From Rickettsiales bacterium (GTDB lineage: Bacteria > Pseudomonadota > Alphaproteobacteria > Rickettsiales > CANDYO01), in the NCBI GenBank assembly GCA_965228885.1, contig OZ245841.1, positions 94,240 to 158,239 of the forward strand: DNA of 64,000 nucleotides, given 5' to 3'. The notes under the pieces are model-generated. The model searched no databases and was not told where the DNA came from. It saw only the letters and a program-made list of their open reading frames with translations. The stretch's first letter is position 1. Each line of letters begins with the position of its first letter. Below, one piece after another: positions 39,068 through 49,377 of the stretch. The translations under genes and the position numbers were made by a program.

Positions 39068-39697
39068 TTATCTTATAGAAAGAATATCTAGTATTTTCTG
39101 ACTTGGAATAGCACCTTCACGTAGTATTTTTGTGTCCTCTGTTGTAAGATCTACAATTGTTGAAGCAATGCCAATTTCTGTTGCTCCTTTATCTATTACG
39201 ATATCAATTTTATTATCAAATTCAGCCAGAACCTGATAAGCATCAACAGCACTTTGAGTGTTGCTAATATTAGCACTTGTTCCTACCAAAGGCCTGCCGA
39301 CTGCCTGAAGAATTTTTAATGCCGGAATACTATTTGGCATCCTAATACCAACAGTTCCAATTGCTTGATTAACATTTTTAGCCAGATTGCTATGTATTTT
39401 TGTTTTTAGGACTATAGTAATAGGACCAGGAAATAATATAAGAGCTAATTTCTTCGCCCTATCATCAAACTCAACTATTCTTTTTGCTTGATAAACATCC
39501 CCCACTAATACAGGCAGAGGTTTATCATTAGCCCTGCGCTTTACTTCATAAATTTTTTCAACAGCTTGAGGGTTACCAGCATCAGCAGCAAGTGCATATA
39601 CTGTTTCTGTAGGGAATGCCACAACTCCACCATCATCAATAACTCTAACTATTTTTTTTAAGGCGTAATCATTTAATTCACGAATAACTTCTGCCAT
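39068..39697 (-). CDS. tsaC: L-threonylcarbamoyladenylate synthase (TsaC/YrdC family)
   Basis: 209 aa. 'VAFPTETVYALAADAGN', 'GTSANISN'. Confidence 0.85.
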   Translation of the reverse strand: MAEVIRELNDYALKKIVRVIDDGGVVAFPTETVYALAADAGNPQAVEKIYEVKRRANDKPLPVLVGDVYQAKRIVEFDDRAKKLALILFPGPITIVLKTKIHSNLAKNVNQAIGTVGIRMPNSIPALKILQAVGRPLVGTSANISNTQSAVDAYQVLAEFDNKIDIVIDKGATEIGIASTIVDLTTEDTKILREGAIPSQKILDILSIR

Positions 39698-39728
39698 AAG
39701 ATATATAAGTCCTCTAATTCACTACTAT

Positions 39729-41519
39729 TTAAAAATTTTTTACTTGGGCTTCTGTTAACACTTCATTAGCAATTTTAATTGCTAATGAAGGAAATCCACC
39801 ATGTTCAATAATTCCACAAAAAGCATATTCAGGCCTTACTAAAGGAGCATATGCCACAAATATACCATGATTCCTAATTTTTTTCATCACATTTTCTTTA
39901 CTTAAGTCATCATTCTTATACCTTTTAGAAATCACCTGACAAGTACCCGTTTTCCCAGCCATTGCTAAGTTAGGATCAATTATTCTATGTCGATAAGCAG
40001 TTCCACCTGGAGCATTAACAGCCATCTCCATCCCTTTTTGCACTATTTTCAATTCACTATCAAGTCCTAAAGAAGAAAATTCTTTGTTTTCCAAAGAATT
40101 AATAAAACTAGGGACCATTTGTTTCCCAGAAGCAATCCTAGTTACCATAGTTAAGATTTGTATTGGAGTGGCCTCAACATATCCCTGCCCTATTACTGTA
40201 TTAATAGTGTCAGCTAAAGTCCAATTACTACCTATGACCATTTTTTTCCAATCTGCATCAGGAATAATCCCCTCCTGCTCTCTTGGTAATTCACCATTAA
40301 GTAATTGACTTCCATACCCCAGCTGACGAGCAGTGTCAGCTATAGGCTGAACACCTATTATTCTAGCAATATTCCAAAAATAAACATTGCATGACCCCGC
40401 GATGGCCTGATAGAGATTTATTTTTCCATGCCCCGTACTTTTCCAACATCGAAAGACACGATCACCAACAACATGATACCCTGGGCAAGTAAAAGTAGTA
40501 TCTGGATTGAAGCCTTGCTTTAATGCAGCAACTGCTGCATTAATTTTAAAACCAGATCCAGGAGGATAAGTAAGAGAGACCACTCTATTAATTAATGGCA
40601 ATTCTGGATCATTAAGCAGTTTATTCCAATTTGAAGTAGAAATACCATTATTAAACAAATTAAGATTAAACTCCGGCTTAGAAACTGCAGCAATAATATC
40701 CCCATTAGAAATCTTAGATGCTAAAATTACTCCCGTTTGATCGCCTAATAGTTTATCAATCTTTCTCTGAAGATTAATATCCAGGGAAATCTTAATGTCT
40801 TTCCCCGGCGCGCTAGCTAAAGTTGAAACTTCTTTGATTATCTTTCCTCTAGCGTTTACTTCTATTTTTTGTACACCAGTTATACCTTGCAATAACTTTT
40901 CTTGAGTTTTTTCAACACCATTTTTTCCAATCTTTAAGTTTGGGTATAATGTCATTGAATGCTTTGTGATATCTTTATCTGAAGCACTACCTAAATACCC
41001 TATAATATGACTAGCTATACTTCCATATGGGTATAACCTGCTAAAACCAGTTTTTATTGAAGCCCCTTGTAGATCATAAATATTAACTTCTAATGCAACA
41101 AGCTCTGTCCATGCAAGATTGTCTTTTATTAATAAAACCTCTCCCACAGACAGGCCGTTGATCCGATTAAATAATTCATCTTCATCTTCAACACCTAAAT
41201 CTAAAATTTTTCCTATTGCTGTAACAACTTGATAATTTTTATTAGCATCATTTATTCCAACTTTCTCAAAAACCAAAGAATAATTAGGCTCATTAGAAGC
41301 AAGTATAATATTATTTCTATCAAAAATTTTCCCTCTTGAAGCTGGTATAAGCTCAGATCTAATTCTGTTCTTGTCTGCTAATTTTGCAAATTTTTTATTG
41401 CTGATGATTTGCAAATAAAACATTCTGCTAAACAAGCCAACAAGCAATGTTGACTTACAAGCTCCTAATACTAGAGACCTTCTAATAAATCTATCTTTCT
41501 GAGTGTGTTTCTTACTCAT
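39729..41519 (-). CDS. mrdA: penicillin-binding protein 2 (elongasome transpeptidase)
   Basis: SxxK 'PPGSGFK', SxN 'AGSCNVYF', KTG 'AGKTGTCQV'. N-terminal anchor. Follows mreD. Confidence 0.9.
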   Translation of the reverse strand: MSKKHTQKDRFIRRSLVLGACKSTLLVGLFSRMFYLQIISNKKFAKLADKNRIRSELIPASRGKIFDRNNIILASNEPNYSLVFEKVGINDANKNYQVVTAIGKILDLGVEDEDELFNRINGLSVGEVLLIKDNLAWTELVALEVNIYDLQGASIKTGFSRLYPYGSIASHIIGYLGSASDKDITKHSMTLYPNLKIGKNGVEKTQEKLLQGITGVQKIEVNARGKIIKEVSTLASAPGKDIKISLDINLQRKIDKLLGDQTGVILASKISNGDIIAAVSKPEFNLNLFNNGISTSNWNKLLNDPELPLINRVVSLTYPPGSGFKINAAVAALKQGFNPDTTFTCPGYHVVGDRVFRCWKSTGHGKINLYQAIAGSCNVYFWNIARIIGVQPIADTARQLGYGSQLLNGELPREQEGIIPDADWKKMVIGSNWTLADTINTVIGQGYVEATPIQILTMVTRIASGKQMVPSFINSLENKEFSSLGLDSELKIVQKGMEMAVNAPGGTAYRHRIIDPNLAMAGKTGTCQVISKRYKNDDLSKENVMKKIRNHGIFVAYAPLVRPEYAFCGIIEHGGFPSLAIKIANEVLTEAQVKNF

Positions 41520-42045
41520 TCGACAAGGCCTTCAAGTTATTTAATTTAACCAGACCCCAATGAACAGGAACGTATACAAAAACAGTAATTAACCACTGAC
41601 TAAGAATAACACTGAGTTTATATGCGTGGATATCAATACTAAAGTGAACTAACATCGATGGCATAAATAATATTATGCTTAAGAAAAAAATAAAACCAGC
41701 CCATATTACAATGAAGTTATTATTAATAATATATTGTCTCTGAGATCTAACCATCACCTGGAATAACAACAAACATATCGCACTTATTCCAACAGTATTA
41801 TTCTCCATAATGTCTTTAAACAACCCTAATAATAACACTGCAATATAAGGCAAATTTTGAGGTTGATAAATAGACCAAAAATAAATTACCATCGGCGTAA
41901 AAAAAGGAATCAACATAGATATATTACTTATCTTATATGGAAGAATAGAAGCAAAAATACTGAGTAAAACTGTTATTACAGGAATGATTTCAAACTGTAT
42001 ATTAGAAAACAAGCGAGAAAACTTCTTGACAAATTTTTTAATCAT
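41512..42045 (-). CDS. mreD: rod shape-determining protein MreD
   Basis: 177-aa polytopic membrane protein. 'MVIYFWSIYQPQNLPYIAVLLLGLFKDIMENNTVGISAI' fits the MreD pattern. 8-nt overlap with mrdA. Confidence 0.6.
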   Translation of the reverse strand: MIKKFVKKFSRLFSNIQFEIIPVITVLLSIFASILPYKISNISMLIPFFTPMVIYFWSIYQPQNLPYIAVLLLGLFKDIMENNTVGISAICLLLFQVMVRSQRQYIINNNFIVIWAGFIFFLSIILFMPSMLVHFSIDIHAYKLSVILSQWLITVFVYVPVHWGLVKLNNLKALSNE

Positions 42046-42863
42046 TTATAATTCCATACATAACTACCTTAGAACTTAATATAGCCAACAATGACAATAT
42101 AGATAATATCTTTTATACCAATAAACACCTATCTTTTCCACTCAATTATTAAAGGCACTGCTGCAAATAAAATAAAATTTTTCTATCCCTGAAACTGATG
42201 CATCATTTCCACCTAAAGTTAGGTCTTAAGTATCAAAGTATTATAATGACCATCCTAATAAAAGTTTATAAAAATCTACATGATCGTCACCGAGAACTGC
42301 TTCATCTTGTGTTATCCCCATTAGAAGTGTAGCTTCTGTTATCCTCATAACCTAATATAAGCACTATTGCAAATAGACTTCAAATTTGAAATTACGACAC
42401 CTTAAAAAAATTCATGGCTCAACTCCTTTAACATAGGGTTACAAATTATACTTAGAATGCTTTTATTTTCAAAAGCTACAAATTATTTGTCTGTGCCTGT
42501 AGAAATCTCATTTTTAAATAAGACTTAAGAGAAGATATTGAAACTTGAGATATTTTATTTTTATCTTTTAGAAAAAATCAATTTTCATAAAAATATCAGC
42601 CGTAAGATATTAAGCCTAGGTTGTTTTTATATTTTAATAAATATGTTGTCGCTATGCTTCAGATATGATAAAGAAGTTATATTTAGAACTTAAATGTACA
42701 TAAATATATTTAGAAATTTATAAAGTGTACTATATTATAGTAATTATTTATTACATATTGAATGTCATTAGTAAACTATATAGTATTTTACGCTGATCTA
42801 TTATAATGAATAACTTTCGCCAGGAGTATTATTATACTCCTTAATATAAATGTTAATGAGCTT

Positions 42864-44108
42864 GTGTCAGTGCGTATAAATATTAGTCCAATTTTAGCCC
42901 CATTAATTACAACGGTCTTATTTATATTAGGAAATGGATATTTAACAACTTTTATTTCCATAAAAATGAAAGATTTTGGACATAGCGAACAAACAATTGG
43001 AGTAGTGTCCTCTGCATATTATATTGGTTTAGTTGTAGGAGCTCTACAAATAACAAAACTTATTGCAAGAATAGGGCATCTTAGAGTATTTACCATTTTT
43101 GTTGGCTTATTTAATGCTGTATGTTTACTCCATATACTTAGTGATAATGTTTACTTATGGTTTATATTAAGACTTATAGCTGGAGTTGCTCTATCTGGAT
43201 TCTATATAACAGTAGAAAGTTGGCTTTTAAATTGTAGTTCTTGCTCTAAAAGAGGCACAACATTAGCATTATACATGGTTGCGCTTTCTTCTGCACAAGC
43301 TTTTAGTCAATTATTGCTTCAGAAATATAACGTTACTAGTTTACTACCATTTATTATTATAACTACTTTTGTTTCTCTTTCAATAATTCCTGTTGCCATG
43401 GTAAGAAATAGAAAAGCCCAAGATCATGAACCAGAATTGGTTAGCATGTCTATTTTAGCTAAAGTAGCTTCTTCTAGCATAGCTATTTGTATAGTGAGTG
43501 GATTATTTTTAAGTGTCATTTATAGTTTACTACCAGTATTTTTTAGTGAATTAACTGGGAGCCCTGAATATACATCATATTTAATGTTTATAACTCTTAT
43601 AGGAGGAATGACATTGCAATATCCAATTGGCTTGTTATCAGACAACTTTGATCGACGTAAAGTTATATTAGGTGTTAGTTTAATTATAGGAGGGTTATTT
43701 GTATTTACTGGGTTTATAGGACAGGATAACTTATCAATCACTAGTTTATTAGTAACATATTTCTTTATAGGTGGAATGAGCTTTACTTTCTACCCAATAG
43801 CTTTGAGCATGGTTTATGATAATTTACGTAGTGCTAATGTAACATCAGTTAGTCAAAATTTATCTATTGTAGAAGGAATGGGCGCTATTACAGGTCCAAT
43901 TCTTGCTTCCATATTTATATATTTCTTAGGTGACAAAGGCTTACCAATATATTTTTCTACAATTGCTATATGTTTAATAATCGTTCTAATGTATCGTATC
44001 TCTCAAAAAGAAAGAGTTAGTAATAATAATTTCATGATAGCTGTTCATACAACTCCAATGATAGCTGAGCTTGATCCAAGAAGCGATGAAGAAAACGAAA
44101 ATCTATAG
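42864..44108 (+). CDS. MFS transporter
   Basis: 414 aa with about 12 hydrophobic helices. 'LIARIGHLRVF' loop 2-3 region. GTG start. Confidence 0.8.
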   Translation: MSVRINISPILAPLITTVLFILGNGYLTTFISIKMKDFGHSEQTIGVVSSAYYIGLVVGALQITKLIARIGHLRVFTIFVGLFNAVCLLHILSDNVYLWFILRLIAGVALSGFYITVESWLLNCSSCSKRGTTLALYMVALSSAQAFSQLLLQKYNVTSLLPFIIITTFVSLSIIPVAMVRNRKAQDHEPELVSMSILAKVASSSIAICIVSGLFLSVIYSLLPVFFSELTGSPEYTSYLMFITLIGGMTLQYPIGLLSDNFDRRKVILGVSLIIGGLFVFTGFIGQDNLSITSLLVTYFFIGGMSFTFYPIALSMVYDNLRSANVTSVSQNLSIVEGMGAITGPILASIFIYFLGDKGLPIYFSTIAICLIIVLMYRISQKERVSNNNFMIAVHTTPMIAELDPRSDEENENL

Positions 44109-44406
44109 GACAAAACTCTCTCTAGAGAAAGGTATAAATTAGAATATTTAGTCTGATTTTTTTACACTATGTTACTAATTTATTCTTTCAGATAAACATT
44201 CTTTATCTACAAAGCAACCTTTATTGACAAAAGGCACTCAAGGAAAAATGAACAATCTTACAACTAAAATACTAGCACTCTAAAAACAACCAAAATTTAA
44301 ACTGCATTCATATTTATATCACCCCCTGACTTAAAGGCTTTAAAAATATCAGTATTTTGTCTATTATAGACTAAAGATTAATGAAACCTTATTTTATAAT
44401 TAAACT

Positions 44407-46593
44407 ATGTCATATTTGAAATTAATAAAAAGCTCGATTTGTTTAGGACTATCCATATTTTTTGCTACAGCTATATTAAGCTACAATGAAATGGACCCTT
44501 CCTTTAATAGAGCCACCAATGCTGACCCCACAAACTTTGCTGGAACCCCAGGCGCATATTTTTCTAGTTCTGTTCTTCAATTATTTGGTCTAGCAAGTTC
44601 TTTTATAGTTTTAATACCATTATGCTGGAGCTTCGTTTATTTTTATCATGAAAAAATCTCACTATGGTTTCTAAGAATATTATCAGTCCTAATTGTCTTA
44701 AACTCCGTATCTTTGAGTCTAAGTTTTTTTCATCTAACTACCGCCCATTTTAAATATACCGGAGGTGCTGTAGGGCTATTATGGCTAGAATTCCTTACAT
44801 CATATTTTTCTAAAGAAATAATATTATTTTCAAGCATAACTATTTTTATAATAAGCCTATATTTTGCTCTGGCTTTATCTAAAGAAAACTGGTTCTCAAT
44901 ATTTAGATTTATTACACAAATATTCTCTTATTGTTTTAAAGTAATTATAAGAATAGGAAAAATTATTATTGCTAAGTTCAATAAAGCAAATAAAGAAGAT
45001 CAACCATTTAAAACTAAAATATCTACTGCTATAAAAACTCCTTCTCAACCTAAAAAAGAAGAAATAATTACTCCACGAAAAGTTATAAATAATCCTATTG
45101 CTAATGGGTTTATTTTACCTTCATCAAATTTATTAAAAGATTTTCCAGTTAATACTGACAAGATCAATCAAAATAATTCTGCAATTAAAAAAAATAAAGG
45201 AGAATTATTACAAGTGTTATCAGATTTTGGAGTAAGAGGAGACGTAACTGGAGCTTCTTCTGGTCCAGTAGTAACTTTATATGAACTTGAACCGGCAGCT
45301 GGAACTAAATCCTCTAGAATTATTGGATTATCTGATGATATTTCTCGTTCTATGGGATCAACATCTGCAAGAATTGCTGTTATTCCTGGACGCAATGCTA
45401 TAGGAATTGAACTCCCTAACAAACAACGAGAAACTGTTTATTTAAAAGAATTACTAGAATCAACTGAGTATAAAAATAAGAATTATGAACTACCAATTAT
45501 CTTAGGAAAAGATATATCAGGGAATGTTATTGTTACCGATTTAGCTAGAATGCCTCATTTATTAGTGGCAGGAACTACTGGCTCTGGTAAATCTGTTGCG
45601 ATAAACACCATGATTCTTTCTTTACTTTACGCTCTACCTCCCGACCAATGTAAATTTATAATGGTTGACCCTAAAATGCTAGAGCTTTCGGTTTACGATG
45701 GAATTCCTCACTTGCTAACCAATGTGGTTACCGAACCTGGAAAAGCTGTAGTCGCACTAAAATGGGTCGTAAAAGAAATGGAAAATCGTTATCGATTAAT
45801 GTCTAATTTAAATGTTAGAAACATTCATAATTATAACGATAAAATCAAAGAAGCAATTAATAATGGTGAGATAATTCAACGCAAGGTTCAAACTGGATTC
45901 GACTCTGAAACTGGACAACCTAAAATAGAACAAGTTCCATTAGATATGAAAACATTACCTTTTATTGTGGTTATTGTTGATGAAATGGCAGATTTAATGT
46001 TAGTTGCAGGAAAAGATATTGAAACTTCCATTCAACGCTTAGCTCAAATGGCGAGGGCTGCAGGAATTCATCTTATTATGGCCACCCAACGTCCGTCCGT
46101 GGATGTTATCACCGGCGTTATAAAAGCTAATTTTCCAACTAGAATAAGCTTCCAAGTTACTTCTAAGATTGATAGCAGAACCATATTAGGAGAGCAAGGG
46201 GCAGAACAATTGCTTGGCAAAGGGGATATGCTTTTTATGGCTGGTGGAAGTAAAATCACACGTATTCATGGACCATTCATAGCTGATAATGAAGTGGAAA
46301 AGGTAGTATCATACCTTAAAACCCAAGGCACACCAGATTATATGACAGCTATCACTTCAGAAGATGAAACTAGCAATGACTATAATGAAAGGAACAAACA
46401 AAATCCTGATCAAGATGAATTATATCAAGAAGCCATAAGAATTATCCAACATGAAGGGAAGGCCTCAACTAGTTTTATACAACGCTGCCTTAAAATAGGC
46501 TATAATAGGGCAGCTAATATCATAGAACAAATGGAAAAAGATGGCTTGGTGAGCAAACCCAATCATACAGGAAAACGAGAAATATTGATATAG
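44407..46593 (+). CDS. ftsK: DNA translocase FtsK
   Basis: N-terminal TM helices. Walker A 'VAGTTGSGKSVAINTM', Walker B 'IVVIVDEMADLM'. Gamma domain 'ASTSFIQRCLKIGYNRAANIIEQMEKDGLVS'. Confidence 0.95.
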   Translation: MSYLKLIKSSICLGLSIFFATAILSYNEMDPSFNRATNADPTNFAGTPGAYFSSSVLQLFGLASSFIVLIPLCWSFVYFYHEKISLWFLRILSVLIVLNSVSLSLSFFHLTTAHFKYTGGAVGLLWLEFLTSYFSKEIILFSSITIFIISLYFALALSKENWFSIFRFITQIFSYCFKVIIRIGKIIIAKFNKANKEDQPFKTKISTAIKTPSQPKKEEIITPRKVINNPIANGFILPSSNLLKDFPVNTDKINQNNSAIKKNKGELLQVLSDFGVRGDVTGASSGPVVTLYELEPAAGTKSSRIIGLSDDISRSMGSTSARIAVIPGRNAIGIELPNKQRETVYLKELLESTEYKNKNYELPIILGKDISGNVIVTDLARMPHLLVAGTTGSGKSVAINTMILSLLYALPPDQCKFIMVDPKMLELSVYDGIPHLLTNVVTEPGKAVVALKWVVKEMENRYRLMSNLNVRNIHNYNDKIKEAINNGEIIQRKVQTGFDSETGQPKIEQVPLDMKTLPFIVVIVDEMADLMLVAGKDIETSIQRLAQMARAAGIHLIMATQRPSVDVITGVIKANFPTRISFQVTSKIDSRTILGEQGAEQLLGKGDMLFMAGGSKITRIHGPFIADNEVEKVVSYLKTQGTPDYMTAITSEDETSNDYNERNKQNPDQDELYQEAIRIIQHEGKASTSFIQRCLKIGYNRAANIIEQMEKDGLVSKPNHTGKREILI

Positions 46594-46594
46594 A

Positions 46595-47383
46595 TCAAGA
46601 GCGCATAAGCCTAACAATATTTGTAAAAATAAAGCATCCCAAGGATATCATAACAATTGTAGGGCCACTAGGTAAATCCAATCCGATAGCTAAAGAAATT
46701 CCCCCTGCCACTGAAATACACCCTATTATTATCGAATATACAATCATTTGCAAAGGACTCCTGCTAATACTTAAAGAGCTAGCAGCAGGAATAATTAGCA
46801 TTGCTGTAATTAACAACACCCCTACAATTTTAAAAGATATGGCTATAAATAAAGCTAAAATCAATGTGAAGCATAGTTTAATAAGTCTACTATTTCCCCC
46901 TTCAACTTGAAGCAATTCTTCACTCACGCAAAACAAAATTAATTTTGTCCAACTGAAATAAATCCATAGTAATACAATACATATGCATATACTCAATAAA
47001 TAGATATCCTTTATATTAATCACCAAAATATCACCGAAGAGATAACCCATTAAATCCATTTTTAATTTACTATAAGAAGCTAAAATAATGGCTAAAGAAA
47101 GAGCTGAGTACGATAAGATCCCTAAAGTTGTATCGCTAGAATAACGAAATTTATTATGGTTAAAAACCAGCGCAAAAATAATGGCGATTAACGCTACTGC
47201 CAAGGGCAAATTAATGTTAAATAAAATTCCAATAGTGACTCCCAATAATGCACTATGAGACAACGCATCACCGAAATAAGCCATATTTTTCCATAGAACA
47301 AAAGATCCTAAGATTCCAGCAATGATTGCTATTCCAACCCCACCTATGATTGCATTTATTAAAAAAGGTTCAAAAGATTCCAT
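46595..47383 (-). CDS. znuB: zinc/manganese ABC transporter permease (ABC-3 family)
   Basis: 262-aa polytopic protein. 'FGDALSHSALLGV', 'DLMGYLFGDIL'. Confidence 0.85.
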   Translation of the reverse strand: MESFEPFLINAIIGGVGIAIIAGILGSFVLWKNMAYFGDALSHSALLGVTIGILFNINLPLAVALIAIIFALVFNHNKFRYSSDTTLGILSYSALSLAIILASYSKLKMDLMGYLFGDILVINIKDIYLLSICICIVLLWIYFSWTKLILFCVSEELLQVEGGNSRLIKLCFTLILALFIAISFKIVGVLLITAMLIIPAASSLSISRSPLQMIVYSIIIGCISVAGGISLAIGLDLPSGPTIVMISLGCFIFTNIVRLMRS

Positions 47384-47662
47384 TTATTTAAAATTATCCG
47401 CATAAGAACGTTTGATAAATTTTTTACTTTGAGGCTCCATTACTTCATAACCATAGTCATTTGCATTAGCAAATTCTATTGCTGCTTGTTTAGTTGGAAA
47501 TTTAATTTTTACTTCCTGAAGCATATCACTTGAAGAAGTCCAGCCCATAACAGGTTCAATTTTTTTATCTTCTTGCGGTATGAATTCTAATAACCACTCT
47601 TTGCTACCTGCCACTCCAGACTGCATAGCAGTTTTTGTAGGTTTATAAATACGAGCTTGCAT
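47384..47662 (-). CDS. ETC complex I subunit conserved region protein (NDUFS4-like)
   Basis: 'ARIYKPTKTAMQSG', 'PVMGWTSSSDM'. ATG 47662 is preceded by 'GAGAGGAGAAAC'. The ORF track starts 48 nt earlier. Confidence 0.75.
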   Translation of the reverse strand: MQARIYKPTKTAMQSGVAGSKEWLLEFIPQEDKKIEPVMGWTSSSDMLQEVKIKFPTKQAAIEFANANDYGYEVMEPQSKKFIKRSYADNFK

Positions 47663-47730
47663 AAAGTTTCTCCTCTCTTTATACTCAAGAATATATCCTT
47701 TATACCACATTTATGCAAGGGAATCTAAAT

Positions 47731-47976
47731 ATGAACAATGACAATAAAAAAATTACTGATTTAAGTTTTGAAGAAGCATTAGCCGAATTAGAAAAAATTG
47801 TAGCAAAGCTTGAAAGCGGAAAAGAAAGCCTAGAAACTGCTATTAATGATTATGAATATGGCAATGCTTTGCGTGAATATTGTGAAAAAAGACTTGAAGA
47901 GGCTAAGTTAAAAATTGAAAAAATCGTTAGAAAAGAAGATGGCTCTATTACCACAGAACCTCAAGAAATTGTTTAA
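47731..47976 (+). CDS. xseB: exodeoxyribonuclease VII small subunit
   Basis: 'LSFEEALAELEKIVAKLESGKESLETAINDYEYGNAL'. An alternative start is ATG 47713. Confidence 0.85.
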   Translation: MNNDNKKITDLSFEEALAELEKIVAKLESGKESLETAINDYEYGNALREYCEKRLEEAKLKIEKIVRKEDGSITTEPQEIV

Positions 47977-48091
47977 TATTGGCAAATATTAGCTATTGTT
48001 TTTATCTTTTTTGATATTATATTATGAAGATTCGCTTCATCTAAAAACCTTTAGTTGGAGGTTTTAATACTAAAATATCAAGGAGATTAAT

Positions 48092-48970
48092 ATGATACAA
48101 GAAGAAGAAAAACATAAAAATAATCCAACCTCTACAGTCAAAGGAGAATCTTTAAGTCGAGCAACGGAATCCACTATAGATGGCACGCCAGCTCTTACTC
48201 CTGATCCTAAGGGAGAACAGCTAACTAATACTGATGAAAGCGTCATTAAAATTGATGCAGACGAAGGTTCTAAATTAGATGATAAAGATAAAAGAGAGCA
48301 AGGAGATGAGAACGATGGAAACCTTCGTGAAACTGAAGAATCACACCCAGATAATATAGAAGGAAGCAAAAAATTAGAAACTGATCTTAAAGAAGAACCT
48401 CTTGATGGATATGAAGATACCCCCGTGCAACTACTTGCAAATGCCTTTTCATATGCCGCTCTTCCAGCTGGAATACAATTACCACAAATGGTATGGGAGC
48501 AAATTAAGGAAAAGGCTCCAGATTCTATAAAAAACTTGTTGCCTGAAAAGATTGAATTTTCTCCAGAAATGCAGTTTGTAGGTGGTGTGGTTACTGGAAA
48601 AACCATTAACACAACACTTCATTATGCTAACGATCAACTCAGCGGAAATAACAAAGATAAATCTTTCTTAGATTATTACTCATGGAAAGACCTTAATATT
48701 TCAAGCACTATGGAAAGCTTTACTTCTGCTGTAGGAAAATCATATATAGCACGTTATACAATAGATCTGGTCAAGTTAAATTTAGAACCTAGCGCAGCAG
48801 ATGCATTGACAGCAATAATGTCATATTGCAAAGTAGCATTTCCTATGACATTTGCAGCCGGCTTAGCAATTACTACCGCACCACCAGCAATTGAACTAGG
48901 AGTTAACCTAATAAATACAATGACTTCATTAGCAGGATTATCTTCTTCTAATGATGATGTAGATCTTTAA
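48092..48970 (+). CDS. hypothetical protein: acidic disordered N-terminal half, hydrophobic Ala-rich C-terminal region (ORFan)
   Basis: 292-codon ORF. 'AAGGAGATTAAT' lies upstream of the ATG. No known motif recognised. Confidence 0.5.
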   Translation: MIQEEEKHKNNPTSTVKGESLSRATESTIDGTPALTPDPKGEQLTNTDESVIKIDADEGSKLDDKDKREQGDENDGNLRETEESHPDNIEGSKKLETDLKEEPLDGYEDTPVQLLANAFSYAALPAGIQLPQMVWEQIKEKAPDSIKNLLPEKIEFSPEMQFVGGVVTGKTINTTLHYANDQLSGNNKDKSFLDYYSWKDLNISSTMESFTSAVGKSYIARYTIDLVKLNLEPSAADALTAIMSYCKVAFPMTFAAGLAITTAPPAIELGVNLINTMTSLAGLSSSNDDVDL

Positions 48971-49089
48971 CTAAACTTGTGGATATTATTTTTACATAAG
49001 ATAATATTCACTTATAATTTTTTACTTTGAAAGCATAAATTTAAGATATATACTGTATTACAATAGGTTAATAAATATCAGTACAATCA

Positions 49090-49377
49090 ATGAGCAGCAT
49101 TACTAAAAATACACTTGCTAAAACCATTCTTTATGAAACAGGCATTCCTGTATCTATTGCTGAAGATATTGTGGATGATATTTTTACTAGCATAATAGAT
49201 GGGTCTGCCAAAGATGATTCAGTGAAAATTGCTAATTTTGGCAGCTTCTCCGTAAAAAATAAAAAATCAAGAATGGGCAGAAACCTAAACACCCATGAAG
49301 ATGTAATGATTAAACCTCGTAAAGTGGTAGGATTTCAAGCCTCCGCTAAATTAAAGCAGGCCATCAATGAAAGCTGA
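49090..49377 (+). CDS. ihfA: integration host factor subunit alpha (HU/IHF family)
   Basis: 'IANFGSFSVKNKKSRMGRNLNTHEDVMIKPRKVVGFQAS'. Followed by a MerR gene, as in many alphaproteobacteria. Confidence 0.75.
   Translation: MSSITKNTLAKTILYETGIPVSIAEDIVDDIFTSIIDGSAKDDSVKIANFGSFSVKNKKSRMGRNLNTHEDVMIKPRKVVGFQASAKLKQAINES

Noticed and set aside
42241-42348. 35-codon minus-strand ORF in the mreD upstream gap
   Set aside because: It is too short, has no SD and no recognisable family. It is kept only as a possible remnant within the gap finding.
48070-48612. 180-aa minus-strand ORF antisense to the acidic ORFan
   Set aside because: It is a by-product of the purine-rich (GAA/GAT/AAA) sense strand, whose complement lacks stop codons. 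The Ser/Leu/Phe-rich product has no SD or motif, whereas the plus-strand ORF has a strong SD.
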